From contig OZ249440.1 of NCBI GenBank assembly GCA_965235115.1, positions 34,536,001 to 34,600,000 of the forward strand: DNA of 64,000 nt, in the 5' to 3' direction. The stretch comes from Laetmonice hystrix. Taxonomy: Eukaryota. The notes beneath the pieces are model-generated. The model saw only the letters and a program-made list of their open reading frames with translations, was not told the origin of the DNA and ran no database searches. The position numbers and the translations under genes are program-made. Below, in pieces: positions 10,295-23,616 of the stretch (positions within the stretch are counted from its first letter, which is position 1; every line of letters starts with the position of its first letter).

Positions 10295-13200
10295 AACTAG
10301 ACGCCATGTGGCAGGGGCCACATGAGATCCCATCCCCTCTAGGAAGGATAGGCCTGCATATTTACATAGCCTATGTAGCAAGGCCCTTTTTATGTCATTT
10401 GCTATGTATCCTTTCTTTTCCTTTTAAGAAGTAGGGCTTTATCTTGCATCGTTTCTGAGTTATGAGCCTTAGAAGATGGCAATGACATCATTATGACGTC
10501 ATATGTCCCATTACTGACTCTATCTTCCACCAGTTACAAGTTATAACCCTGAGAAAATATAGATAGCACCATTATGACGTCATAGTTCACGTGACCTGAA
10601 TTATAGTGGTGTCAAACGAAAGAGAATGTATGATTTCCTATTAGTGTTTAATAGTAACTATGGCTCTAACTTGAACCATTTACAAGTTATAGCCCTGAGA
10701 AAATATCGATGACATCATTATGACATCATCGCTCACGTGACCTAAAATAATATTGTGCGAAATGAAAGAGCATATATATGACTTCCTATTTGACATCAAT
10801 AGCAGCTATGCCTCTAAATTCAACCATTTACCATTTATAGTTCTGAGATAATATTGAAATCTTTATGCCGTCATAGGTCATGTGACCTAAAAAATAATCG
10901 TGTCAAACCAAAGATGTATGACTTCCTCATAAACCCAATGGTCAAAACCAAACATTGATATCTTTAACCGTTTTCGAGATATCACTGATTTTTGGTTGAA
11001 AATGACCCAATAGGGCCAACTTTGAGGGGCCATAACATGGAAACTACTAAATTTAGGGGAGCCATCTCGGAGTCAGAGACAGTTGACCTATTATGCAATC
11101 GAATGGTGCTGAAATCGGAAATTAGGTCAACTTGGCCGCCATCTTAGGTTTTTCAAATTCGGGGGAAATGGGTCAAGTTTTTCATCCTAAACCTAATGGT
11201 GCAAACCAGACATTGATATCTTTAACCGTTTTCGAGATATCACTGATTTTTGGTTGAAAATGACCCAAAAGGGCCAACTTTGAGGGGCCATAACATGAAA
11301 ACTACTGAATCTAGGGGGGCCATCTCGGAGTCAGAGACAGTTGACCTATTATGGAATCCAATGGTGATGAAATCGGAAATTAGGTCAACTTGGCCGCCAT
11401 CTTGGATTTTTCAAATTCAGGGAAAATGGGTCATGTTTTTCATCCTAAACCCTATGGTGCAAACCAGACATTGATATCCTTAGCCGTTTTCGAGATATCA
11501 CTGATTTCTGGTTGAAAATGACCTAAAAGGGCCAACTTTGAGGGGCCATAACATGAAAACTACTGAATCTAGGGGGGCCATCTCGGAGTCAGAGACAGTT
11601 GACCTATTATGCAATCCAATGGTGCTGAAATCGGAAATTAGGTCAACTTGGCCGCCATCTTGGATTTTTCAAATTCGGGGAAAATGGGTCAAGTTTTTCA
11701 TCTTAAACCTAATGCTGAAAACCAGACATTGATATCTTTAACCGTTTTCGAGATATCACTGATTTTTGGTTGAAAATGATCCAAAAGGGCCAACTTTGAG
11801 GGCCCATAACATGGAAACTACTGAATTGAGGGGAGCCATCTCGGAGTCAGAGACAGTTGACCTATTACCCAATCCAATGGTGCTGAAATCGGAAATTAGG
11901 TCAACTTGGCCGCCATCTTGGATTTTTCAAATTTGGGGAAAATGGGTCAAGTTTTTCATCCTAAACCTAATATCTTTAACGGTTTTCGAGATATCACTGA
12001 TTTTTGGTTGAAAATACCCTAAAAGGGCCAACTTTGAGGGGCCATCACAAGTCAAGGAAACTATTGAATTTAGGGGACCCATGTCAGTGTCAGAGACAGT
12101 TGACGTATTACCCAATTCAATGATGCAGAAATCGGAAATTAGGTCAACTTGGCCGTCATCTTGGATTTTTCAAATTCGGGGAAAATGGGTCAAGTTTTTC
12201 ATCTTAAACCTAATGCTGAAAACCAGACATTGATATCTTTAACCGTTTTCGAGATATCACTGATTTTTGGTTGAAAATGACCCAAAAGGGCCAACTTTGA
12301 GGGCCCATAACATGGAAACTACTGAATTGAGGGGAGCTATCTCGAAGTCAGAGACAGTTGACCTATTACCCAATCCAATGGTGCTGAAATCGGAAATTAG
12401 GTCAACTTGGCCGCCATCTTGGATTTTTCAAATTTGGGGAAAATGGGTCAAGTTTTTCATCCTAAACCTAATAGTGAAAACCAGACATTGATATCTTTAA
12501 CGGTTTTCGAGATATCACTGATTTTGGTTGAAAATACCCTAAAAGGGCCAACTTTGAGGGACCATCACATGGAAACTATTGAATTTAGGGGACCCATGTC
12601 AGTGTCAGAGACAGTTGACGTATTACCCAATTCAATGATGCAGAAATCGGAAATTAGGTCAACTTGGCCGCCATGTTGGATTTTTCAAATTTAGGGGAAA
12701 ATGGGTCACGTCTTTCATCCTAAACCCAATGGTGAAAACCAGACATTGATATCTTTAACCGTTTTCGAGATATCACGGATTTCTGGTTGAAAATGACCCA
12801 AAAGGGCCAACTTTGAGGGGCCATAACATGGAAACTACTGAATTTAGGGGGGCCATCTCGGAGTCAGAGACAGTTGACCTATTATGCAATCCAATGGTGC
12901 TGAAATCGGAAATTAGGTCAACTTGGCCGCCATCTTGGATTTTTTAAATTCAGGAAAAATGGGTCATGTTTTTCATCCTAAACCTAATGGTGCAAATCAG
13001 ACATTGATATCTTTAGCCGTTTTCGAGATATCACTGATTTTTGGTTGAAAATGACCTAAAAGGGCCAACTTTGAGGGGCCATAACATGGAAACTACTGAA
13101 TTTAGGGGAGCCATCTCGGAGTCAGAGACAGTTGACCTATTATGCAATCCAATGGTGCTGAAATCGGAAATTAGGTCAACTTGGCCGCCATCTTGGATTT

Positions 13201-14482
13201 TTTAAATTCAGGAAAAATGGGTCATGTTTTTCATCCTAAACCTAATAGTGAAAACCAGACATTGATATCTTTAACGGTTTTCGAGATATCACTGATTTTT
13301 GGTTGAAAATGACCTAAAAGGGCCAACTTTGAGGGGCCATAACATGAAAACTACTGAATTTAGGGAGGCCATCTCGGAGTCAGAGACAGTTGACCTATTA
13401 TGCAATCCAATGGTGCTGAAATCGGAAATTAGGTCAACTTGGCCGCCATCTTGGATTTTTCAAATTCGGTGGAAATGGGTCAAGGTTTTCATCCTAAACC
13501 TAATGGTGAAAACCAGACATTGATATCTTTAACCGTTTTCGAGATATCACTGATTTTTAGTTGAAAATGACCCAAAAGGGCCAACTTTGAGGGCCCATAA
13601 CATAGAAACTACTGAATTTAGGGGAGCCATCTCGGAGTCAGAGACAGTTGACCTATTACCCAATCCAATGGTGCTGAAATCGGAAATTAGGTCAACTTGG
13701 CCGCCATCTTGGATTTTTCAAATTCGTGGGAAATCGGTCAAATCCTGAACCCAATGGTAAAATTCCGAAAGATATCACCTTCACTCTATTTTCAGTTGTT
13801 ACCCGTGAAGAAAGCATTTTAGTAGTCTGTACCACAAATTGTAATTTTGGGCCATCGTACTTTTGTGAGTAGTACCTACAAATGGTGAATGATATCAGGC
13901 TTTTTTAGCTTGTAAATTGAGTAATACTCCTTTCTTGCAATTTTACTCATCTTTGAGGTCACGTGACTCCCTTAATATAGGTCAAATCGCTCATCTCAAA
14001 ACGTTCCTGTACTGAGGCCACTAATGTCCTTGCTTGAGTTCAGTTTTATGGAATTTCTTCAAAATTTGTGGGACTAGTAGGGATTTAAGTAACTGCAACA
14101 TTTTGACCTTAGTGTCATATAGGTCAAAGGTCAAAGGTCAAATTGACCAAACAAAATTTAGGGGATCATGTCCCAATAACAATGGTATGAGTTGTTTAAA
14201 AAAAATCTTCATTTTCAATGAAATATTGGCCTTTATATATGGAACCATTAGTACGTCATAACTCCATGACGTTACGTCATATGACGTCATAACTCATTTG
14301 CATAGTAGAGAATCCCAGTACCTATCTCCCCACCAAGTTTCATTAAGATATCTTAAAAAATGACCAAAATACGACCATGGGTTAACGACTACTACTACTA
14401 CTACACCCTACATGTATAATAATAATAGGGAAGATGAAACCATACAACTTCAAGATCCCATCCCCTTCAGGGGGGATGGGAT
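10295..14482 (-). mobile_element. Helentron-derived non-autonomous element (HINE/DINE-1-like) with an internal tandem array
   Basis: Read on the minus strand: 5' ATCCCATCCCC subTIR with an adjacent inverted copy, (TAG)n microsatellite (~14388-14403), tandem core repeats, 3' subTIR GGGGATGGGAT (10327-10337), stem-loop CATGTGGC-CCCT-GCCACATG (10305-10324), end CTAGTT. Inserted at TT/AA. Confidence 0.8.
10930..13760. repeat. Satellite-like tandem array, 258-bp unit, ~11 copies
   Basis: ACATTGATATC(T/C)TTA..CGTTTTCGAGATATCAC recurs at ~258-bp intervals (about 10952, 11210, 11468, 11726 ... 13517). Confidence 0.95.
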
Positions 14483-15862
14483 AATAAGGCACAAGGTGGT
14501 TTTAGAAAAAAACATTCAACTATAAAGACTGCCTTCTCACTTGTTAACGATATTTTTAATGCTAAAAATAATGCCAAGTTTACCTTGGTAGTATTTTTAG
14601 ATCTTTCCAAAGCTTTTGACTCTGTAAATCACCTAATTTTGCTAGAAAAACTACATAACGCTGGAATTACTGGTAAAGTATATGACTGGATAAACAATTA
14701 TTTACGAAATCGTAAACAACGTGTTGTTTCGGCTGGGCACTCTTCTGATATTAGAACAGTTACCTGTGGAGTACCCCAGGGTTCCGTTATTGGTCCTCTT
14801 CTCTTCCTATTATACGTGAACGATATGCTTGACCTAAATCTGCTGTCTACCTTGTTACTTTTTGCTGATGACACTGCACTTTATTTGAGTGGTGATGATT
14901 TAACCAGCGTTAGTGCCCAATTACAACGTGATCTTGATGTTTTATCAAATTGGTGCTGTTATAACAAACTTGGTATTAATGCTGACAAAACCAAGGTAAT
15001 GGTATTCAGTAATAACTTTGGAGCTTGTAATGTTACCTGTCCAGAATTCAAATTGGGAAATCGAGTTATCGAATAAGTTAGAAGCTATGAATATTTAGGT
15101 ATTATTATTGATCAGGACCTTAATTTCCAGGATCATATGGCTAAGGTAACACGTAGAGTAAATAACAAACTTTACCTTCTGTCTCTTTTAAGAAAACAAA
15201 TTACTTGTCAGTGCGCAGTTGCTATTTATAAAACCATGATTTGAATATGGAAATATATTTTTAAGTGCCTGTACCGAGACAAGCATTAATAGACTGCAAC
15301 TCTTGCAAAATAGGGGACTTAGAATCGTTCTTAAGAGGCATATTTTCACTCCAATACGCAATCTACATGTTGATGCTCATATACTCCCGGTTGTATTCCG
15401 ACAAAAAATCTCAATAATTAAGTTAATGTTTGATATTAAAGATAATGTACAACTATTGGACACACGTCAATCTCCAACCAGATTACATGATTGTATCACC
15501 CTTAAAGTACCCTTTCCAAAGACCGAAAGATTCAAACGCTGTATTTCTTATCAAGGCCCTTATATATGGAATGACCTGCCAATCGCACTAAAACAAATTG
15601 AAAACCGAACTACTTTCCATATAAACTTAAAAACACATTTTTAGAACCTTTTTCTTGGATAATTATGCATGATTAAACATTATTCTAAGGTGCAAGGTAT
15701 TATGTACAGACTGGTTTTTCATGGTGTTTAAAAATTGTGTTTGTGTAAAATGTTTGTATATAATGCTTACATGTTGTTGTACTACAGGGAATGGATTTAT
15801 GTCGGCGTAAGCCGTTCCATTTTTTTTCCCCTGAATAAATCTGCTACTCAAAAAAAAAAAAA

Positions 15863-15986
15863 ATTCTGGAGGTGGCTCCCCCTTCAATAAAAACACATGA
15901 GTTAATCTAGAATGACCAATCCTGCATCGAGTATAAACAATTTCATGCCTACGTTGGGTTAGGCCGTGAAGACACCTTTGGTTCAC
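15863..15986 (-). mobile_element. Continuation of the 6071 Nimb-like copy
   Basis: Collinear with 6071-6431 once the CR1-like insertion is removed. Confidence 0.85.
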
Positions 15987-18900
15987 GAGTGAGTGAGTGA
16001 GTAGTGGTGGTTTTGCGCCGTGTCGGCATCCGGGGCCATATTCACGGCGAAATCAGAGTTATAACACCATAAAACCAAAGGAACCTATTTTATCCCGGGT
16101 CCCAACGGGAACACCACCAAAACACATCTATAAAAGAGTCAGAAGTCCAGCCTCTGACAAGAACTCTAAAATCACTCCTGGTCTGACATTGCTATAAAGA
16201 TCCTTAAGACTCGTCTCATTATAAAACCTTTGTCTGATGAGAGTAAAATCACCACATTCGAGTAAAAGATGCTTCAGTGTCAAAGGACACTGACAGCCAT
16301 AACATTCTGGAGGCGGCTCCCCCTTCAACAAAAACACATGGGTTAATCTAGAATGACCAACTCTGCATCGAGTAAAAACAATTTCATGCCTCCGTTGGGT
16401 TAGGCCATGATGATACCTTTGGTTTACGATGGGACTGATCTGATACAATTTATTGTTTGGTTGTTCATCCCATTCAGCCTGCCATTTGTTCCTAACATAA
16501 GCCCAGATGGTAGGTCTGAGATCAGAAGCTGGGATTGGACACAGTTCGACGTCTGTTTCAAGAGCCCTCTTGGCAGTTCTGTCAGCTTGCTCATTGCCGG
16601 TGCCAACATGTCCAGGCACCCAGCAAAAGTGAATATCAAAGTTTACATTAGCAAGCACTGCCAACTTGGACAAGATTTGAACGATCACTGGGTGATCTGT
16701 GTTCAAGTTAGCAAGTGCTTGCAGACAGGATAAGGAATCCGAGAAAATGAGGAAATCCTTTTCACTAGAAACTTCAATATTTTGAAGGGCAAGAAGCAGG
16801 GCCCGGGCCTCTGCTGAGAAGATGGAACTTTGCCCTGAGATGCGGTGCCGAAGTTGTGCTTGCCATGAACTGCAGCTGCAGACACATCACTGCCATCCTT
16901 TGAGCCATCTGTATAGAAGGCATAATGTGAGGGATACCTTGCCTGGACGTCAAGAAAATGTTTAAAATATGTCAGCGGATGAGTCTCTGACTTCTTCAGT
17001 TAAGCCAACTGAAGAATGACGTCAGGCTTTTCCAGGTCCTAAGGGGGAATGTTGCAAAAATGTGTCTGCCCCAGGACGTTCAGATCAATATCCAGTTCCT
17101 CTAGATGAGGTTTCACCCTCAGTCCTAAAGGACGTATGTACGTTTCCTTTCTTTCATATAAATGTTGGAACTGAGGGTGAAACACACAATTGTAAGCTGG
17201 ATTTGAAGTTTGTCCCGAGCTTGACTGCATACTGCAGAGCCAGCTTCAGACGCGCGATGGCTCTCGGGCCTCCACATAGAGGCTCTGAACAGGGGACGTT
17301 CTAAAAGCCCCAAGTGAATGCCGCAAACCCTGGTGGTGAACCGTGTCCAAAAGCCGAATGTAAGACTTACAAGCAGAACCATAAATTATGCTTCCGTAAT
17401 CGAGCTTTGACCAGATTAAAGCTCTGTACAGTTGTAAAAGGACTGTACTGTCTGCACCCCAGTTTGTGCCAGATAAAACCTTCAGAACATCCAGAGCCTT
17501 AAGGCGTCTGGATTTGAGTGATTTAATTTGAGGGATAAAAGACAGCTTGCTGTCAAAAGTGAGTCCCAGAAACTTTGTCTCTTTAACAACCTTGATAGGA
17601 TCTCAATCCATTGTCAACTCGGGGTCAAGGTGGAAAGCACACAGTTTGCAGAAATGCATGCAGACTGTTTTAGATTTTGAAAATTTAAAACCGTTTTCCA
17701 CGGACCAAGTGTGGATTCTGTTGAGATAGAGTTGGAGCTGTCTCTCGATGGCATTCATGTTTTTGCCTCTGCAGCAAATGTCAAAGTCATCGACGAACAG
17801 GCTGCAGGGCATGCCAGTTTTAACCGAGTTAACAATGCTGTTGATCTTAATACTAAAAAGGGTAACAGACAAAATGCTTCCCTGAGGCACACCTAATTCT
17901 TGGTCATGCAAGTCAGAGAGGGTAGTGCCTACTCTGACTTGAAAATGTCTGTTGGATAAAAACTGAGATATGAAAATGGGCAAACGCCCCTTAAAACCCA
18001 TGTCATGTAAATCTTTTAGAATGCCGTACTTCCATGTTGTGTCGTATGCCTTTTCAAGGTCAAAAAAGACGGCAACAACATGTTCGCGGTTGATAAAAGC
18101 ATCTCGGATGTATGTCTCAAGTCTGATCAGATGATCCAGAGTACTTCTCCCTCGCCGGAAGCCACATTGAAAATCAGTGATGAGTTTTTCAGATTCGAGC
18201 TTCCAGACGAGGCAATCATTGATCATTCTCTCCATGGTTTTGCACAGGCAACTTGTTAAGGCTATTGGTCTGTAATTGTCAGCTTCACTATGGTGTTTTC
18301 CTGGTTTTGGGATGGGGATGATTATTGCTTCTTGCAAGGAAAGGGGTACATTACCAGATATCCAGATATTGTTGAAGATGTGAAGAAGAATGAGAAGGGT
18401 GGTGTCAGGTAGATGTTTTAAGAATTGGTAATGTATTTTGTCAGGTCCAACTGCAGTGTCGTGTGATTTTTTTAAGAGAGCATCTTAGTTCTTCAATGGA
18501 AAACAGTTGGTTATACTCTTCTGTGTTGTCAGAGTGAAAATTTAGTTTTTTTTTCTCTTTTCGAGCACGAATGGCTTGGAATCGAGGGAGGCAGTTCCTG
18601 CAGGAGTTTGTTTCAAAGGTTTTGGCCAGTTTTTTTTGCTATTTCATCTGTGGTGGTTAGTATGGTGTCTTGGTGTTTTAAGTGTTGGACTCCAGATCTA
18701 CCTCCCTTGCCTTTAAGTTTCCGTATCATGCTCCAGACTTTTTTGATAGGAGTACGAGAGGTCAGGCTGGAGACGTAGTCTCTCCAGCTCTTCCTCCGTC
18801 TCTCTTTACAGATACGGCGTGCCCTGGCTCTCATGATTTTAAAATTGTTAAGGTTTACTGCAGTTGGATGCCTGTTGAAAAGGCGTTCTGCCTTTTTCCG

Positions 18901-19721
18901 GTCTTTAATTGCTTGCTTGCATTCATCATTAAACCATGGATTTGAGACAGGTTTTAGGAATTCCATTGCATCAGGATCGTTAATATTGTCTGCTGTGAAT
19001 TCACGGCTGACAGAGGGTCTGGAAGGAGTGCCAGTCGGTTTTTTTAAGTTGCCACCTTTGTTGTTTTTCCCCCATGTCAGGCCCTTCATATGCAAGTATG
19101 GTGGGAAAGTGGTCACTCCCGCAAAGGTCGTCCCAGAACCTCCAGGAGAAATCCAGCAGCAGATCTGGTTCAGCTATTGCAAGGTCAATGGCTGTATAAG
19201 TGCCATGACCGGGATGAAGTATGTGTTTGAACCATCATTAAAAATGCATAGAGCATGATTATCAATGAACTCTTCAATCCTCTTGCCCTTGCCATCAGTT
19301 GTGGTGCCACCCCATAAGGGATTGTGGCCGTTAAAGTCTCCCAAAAGTAGATATGGGGATGGTAGTTGACACACTAGATCATCAAGATCCTGGTGGGCCA
19401 AGTTACTGTTTGGAGGAATGTATATGGAGCAGATAGTGATGGCTTTATGTAGAGTTAGGCGTATGGCTATTGCTTGTAACGGTGTGTCTATTGTAACAGG
19501 GCTATGGATGAGGTCTTGTCGAACCAGAATGGCAGTGCCGCCCGCAGCACGGTCACCATCTGGTGCAAAACTAAAGAAAGTCTGATAGCCCTTAAATGAG
19601 ACGTTGTCTCGGGCAGTAAGAAATGTTTCTTGTAGGCAAAGGGCAAAAGGGTTGAGGGTTTCTGCTAAAAGTCTGAGTTCATTAAAATTGGCTCCAATAC
19701 CTCGACAATTCCACTGGAGGA
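15987..19721 (-). mobile_element. I/Nimb-like LINE, nearly complete ORF2 region, frameshifted (short 3'UTR type)
   Basis: EN (QWNCRG, LQET, GDFN), RT (YRPIALTS, FDLEKAYD, PQGS, FVDD) and RNase H fragments; (GAGT)n tail at 15987. Confidence 0.92.
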
Positions 19722-20757
19722 TCACCACCAAAGAGCCACTCTGGATCTTCCGATCTTTTATGAATAGCTTTCGCATAGTCTGCGTTGATAAGTGGCTTGA
19801 AGTTATCTCTGTGTTTAGCATCAATGTTCAGAGAGGTGGTGGACAACAGCCGTAGACTATCTATAAGATTTCCACTAAGGTTATCAAGATCCTCATCCTC
19901 CTTGCCCCTGTCCAACATCAGTTTGGCTACAGGGAGCAACGCCGTGATAGCTGTTATAACACCTTTATGTATGGAGGACAATGCTGTATCCGCCGCCTTC
20001 ACCTTTTGGTCAGCCGCCGCTAGAACTTCCATATCTACCTTCCCTGTCTGAAGGCGAGGTAGATTTTCCGGTCGCTTGTATTCCCGTGCAATACTATGCA
20101 GAGTCTCTTGCAGCTTGAGTTCCGCAAAAAACTTGTTGACCAGCTTAGCCAAATTATCGTCGACCTTAGGAGCAAGCTGAAGCGATGTGGTAACCTCCAG
20201 TTGTTCCCGTAACATCTCTCCAAATTTGCCGTCCTTGGGCAACACAGAATCCTCCTGCTCCCCTTCATCCGACGATATCTCATGTTCATGTGTGGACTGT
20301 GCCGTGTCCTCAGCGCGTCCCAAGTCATAGCTGACCCGTCCTGTGGTAGCGGGCAGGCAAAAGGCGCGCCAAAACCAGCATAGGCACCCAGCGGCAGCTG
20401 ATTTTGCTGGTAACACCACGGGTTACCATACTGTAGTGGTCCCATAAACGGTGGGGGGGGGGGGCAAATGATTGTCCCACATTCCAATACAGCCGACTAT
20501 TCCCAAACATACCAGCCTGAAGTGGCTCAGCAATCGGAGCCCCTTGGCATGCCTGTTCCTGACCGTCAATCATGCATGACTGTGCTGCTTGTGGAGGTGT
20601 CCAAGCTTCCAGAGTTATCTTTGGAAGTTGTTGCTCTCTGTCTTGTGGACATTGAGCTGGACTTAGGAGTCTTTTTCAATTTCTTTCCTTTATCAGCCGT
20701 ATCTGCCTCCCCCGGCGTGGCGGGCGGTTCTACGGTAGTAAGGTTACGTTCTGCCAT
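19722..20757 (-). pseudogene. DIRS-type gag-like ORF fragment
   Basis: YKRPENLPRL and a terminal WLFGGD motif resemble DIRS1-like Gag proteins; frameshifted and truncated at the LINE junction. Confidence 0.6.
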
Positions 20758-20794
20758 GGTTACGAACTGTCGTTTTCAACCAGGATCCCGCAGG

Positions 20795-21056
20795 CGTCCT
20801 AGAACGACAAATAACTCAAAATTAGATTAAAATATATTAAATATTCCACCTTTACACCCCGCAGGCTGTAGGCTTGGAATAAGACAGAATTAAACAGCCA
20901 TATGGGCTTAAAAAGGAGTCAATGTGATACTTACACAGTGCTCTCAGTAAACCAGTCCATCCAGCTCGAGTGTTCACGTAAAACTGCTGCTCGGCTCGCT
21001 CACGTGTTCTATCTCAGCTATTTCCGGAAACACTATAGTGTTGTTCGAGGTGAAAT
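20795..21056. repeat. Interspersed repeat; inverted homolog at ~62290-62550
   Basis: ~260-bp reverse-complement similarity, e.g. CCATATGGGCTTAAAAAGGAGTCAA vs TTGACTCCTTTTTAAGCCCATATGG. Confidence 0.85.
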
Positions 21057-21723
21057 GAAATTTCAATGGGAACGAGGGTTTCTGTGGGAGTTTGGATTTT
21101 CAATTTTTAGAATTGCCTCTAAAGTGGTAGAGCATTATAAAACCTTTAAATATAGTATGGTTGCCACAGGTCAGTCACAGGCCAATGAAAGCTATTTTTT
21201 TCACAGTGATGAAAAAGCGCTGAGAAATGTCTGGAATTCATGGCACCAACCCCATTAAATTTTCATGACATAATGTATCAAGGTATACTGATTGTGCATG
21301 TAAGGGTGTAGTAGTGATATACCTGTATATTGTATATACCTGTATATACCTGTATATTGGTATATTTAATAATTTTGAAAGTGTTGTGATTTTTTTTCCA
21401 AAGGGATCTGAGGTGAATTCCGGGAAAAATTGGGACAGAAAATACATAACGCTAAAGGATGAAACCACCGAGAAAATTGTAAAGTGCAAGTTGTGGAATA
21501 AGAAAGTCATGAAGTCAATAAAAACGATATATCAAAAATGCTAACTATGACCAACATGGTTGTAGATCTTTGCGGAGAAGCACTCATTGGATTCGACATA
21601 TGATATTTAACTGATGTTGTGGTAAGATCATTTTACAAATGTGAAGCACTTCACCAGTGATCCTCATACATTCAATAAACATTATAAAGTTCATTGTGAT
21701 TTGCATACCACTTTGAGTGAAAT

Positions 21724-22133
21724 AGTGAGTGAGTGAGTGAGTAGTGTTGGTTTTCCGCCCTGTCGGCATCTGGGGCCATCTTCACGGCGAAAACAGGGTT
21801 AAAAGACCATAAAAGGAAAGGAACCTATTTCATCCCGGGCCCCAAATGGAATATAATTGAAACACACTCCATCCTGTCAGCCCAACCAGGCTATCGACGA
21901 ACCTGAACTATAAAAGAGTCAGAAGTCCAGCCTCTGACAAAAACTCTAAAATCACTCCTGGTCCGACATTGCTAAAAAGATCCTTAAGACTTGTCTCACT
22001 ATAAAACGTTGTCTGATGAGAGCAAAATCACCACACTCAAGTAAAAGATGCTTCAGCCATAACATTCTGGATGTGGCTTCCCCTCCAATAAAAACACATG
22101 GGTTAATCTAGAATGACTAATCCTGCATCAAGT
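21724..22133 (-). mobile_element. I/Nimb-like LINE 3' fragment (long 3'UTR type)
   Basis: Tail, 3'UTR and ORF2 C-terminus; small internal deletion at ~22055. Confidence 0.9.
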
Positions 22134-23480
22134 CTTTAAGTGCAGAAAATATTGACATTAGCCCCGGTATCCACTGTAAATGTGACTGGAATCCCGTCAA
22201 TTTTTAGGTCAACTGTCAGTTCCCTTGTGTTTCCCCCACTTGTCGAGTAAACACTGAACAGTGTTTCCACCTCATGCTCAGATTCGTCAACATAATTAGT
22301 TTTTCCTGACCTGTGCTCTGTCGCCGTCCTCGAAAACTTCCTTTACCGCGATGTGCCCATGTGGCATCCTCAACAGGTTATCCCTCTCATGCCTTTATTG
22401 TCACCAGTTCTACATGCTCTCCTGCACTTATAACATTCTGCCTCCTTCCTCTGATCATGTGACTGCCGACAGCTTGGCAATCCTTGGACTTGCTTTGAAC
22501 TCGATGCACCCCCTCGCTGTTGGCCGTCTTGCTCTGTAGATACACTTTTGTTTCCTTGTAGATACGTTCATATGTCAAGGTACGTATGCAACAATACCTG
22601 AAATCCTTTGTCCTCAGATGCGGGTTGCTTAACCCATTTATAAATGTCTCCTTCAATGCCACCTTGAGATGGTCCCCATAGTTACTCATTTTCTTGAGTT
22701 CGACAATAAAGTCTCTGACTGGGTTTTTGCACACACTTCCTTAACATGTTGCTTTCCCATCTTTGGTACGTATTTGTAATGATCTGCACAGTACCTGGTT
22801 AATTCATCGTAGGTTTTCTGATCAAGCTCATCTGATCAAGCTTGCCGACAGATGCCAGAAACGTCCCGTTTATCGTCCGCCTTTACCTTCATGGCTCTCA
22901 TCCACACTTGTAGCGGTTTCTGGTAGTTGGACCAATCCTCCTCCCCTGGCTCGTATGCCCGAAGGTATCCTGTCCTGCGGCCATCGGCCCACCTCAGTGG
23001 AAGTCTTGTTGTCCTGTCAGACAGCCCCCGTGCCAGGCGTAATCAGGCTAATCCCCGAGCTCTGTGTCACCGAGCTGCTGCTTTCAACGAGTCGACCGCT
23101 GCTCCAGTACACTGACCTCATTTCGTACTGCACGTGCTCGAGGCTCGAGAATTACCATTGCAGACCAATACTCACACACCTGTCAGTGTGGCGATACTGC
23201 TGCTTAAATGTCCACCATAAATGTTCCCGTAGGGTCCTGACACCTTTATCTTCACCCCGCGAGTCGTTAAAACATCCTCGTCGCCACTGTAATGTCTTTG
23301 GGAGAACTTTACTCTGTACGGTTAATGGACCCAACACGACGTGGTTCTGGTCTCGACTTTGCGCTCCCGCTCTGCGCATTCGCGCTCTTTATTCCGGTTT
23401 CTACATGTATCCATGAGGTCACCACAGAGAGCGTCACAATTAGACTGATATTAACCACTGAGGTGGCGCCTTTCATAACA
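22134..23480 (-). mobile_element. Ty3/Gypsy 5' remnant: LTR (23288-23480), PBS (23276-23286), decayed gag and aspartic protease
   Basis: TG...CA 193-bp LTR containing AATAAA; PBS-like TGGCGACGAGG; gag-like VRDFIVELKK...ETFINGL; protease IDGIPVTFTVDTGANVNIF at ~22145-22205. Confidence 0.75.
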
Positions 23481-23616
23481 TGCTGAGAATGCACTGCCAC
23501 TTGTAAACATGGTGGTAATGTAGAGCTTATAAACTTGGTAAGCCTTTTTTCTGATATTTTAGGTATTATTTATGAAATAAAATAGTGTCTAAGATATGGT
23601 ATTGTCATGGTAGAAC

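Larger units (their letters stand above)
8625..15644 (+). pseudogene. ORF2 (APE endonuclease + reverse transcriptase), frameshifted and interrupted by the 10295-14482 insertion
   Basis: EN motifs: HLNVRSL, LSETWL, GDLN, IDLIL, SDH. RT motifs: LRPI, FLDLSKAFD, GVPQGS, LFADDT. C-terminal QNRGLR and WNDLP. The frame NNILNKAQGGFRKKHST is restored when the insertion is removed. Confidence 0.9.
6455..15862 (+). mobile_element. Full-length CR1/L2-group (Crack/Daphne-like) non-LTR retrotransposon with NADAR-containing ORF1
   Basis: Contains ORF1, an APE-RT ORF2, AATAAA and poly(A) at 15850-15862. Its flanks (...GACAGCCATAAC | ATTCTGGAGGTGG...) rejoin into continuous Nimb LINE sequence, which fixes the element boundaries. 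Confidence 0.85.

Noticed and set aside
11250..13523. Repeated 62-95 aa ORFs (MVENDPKGPT...)
   Set aside because: They are translations of the 258-bp satellite, with non-ATG starts and variable stops.
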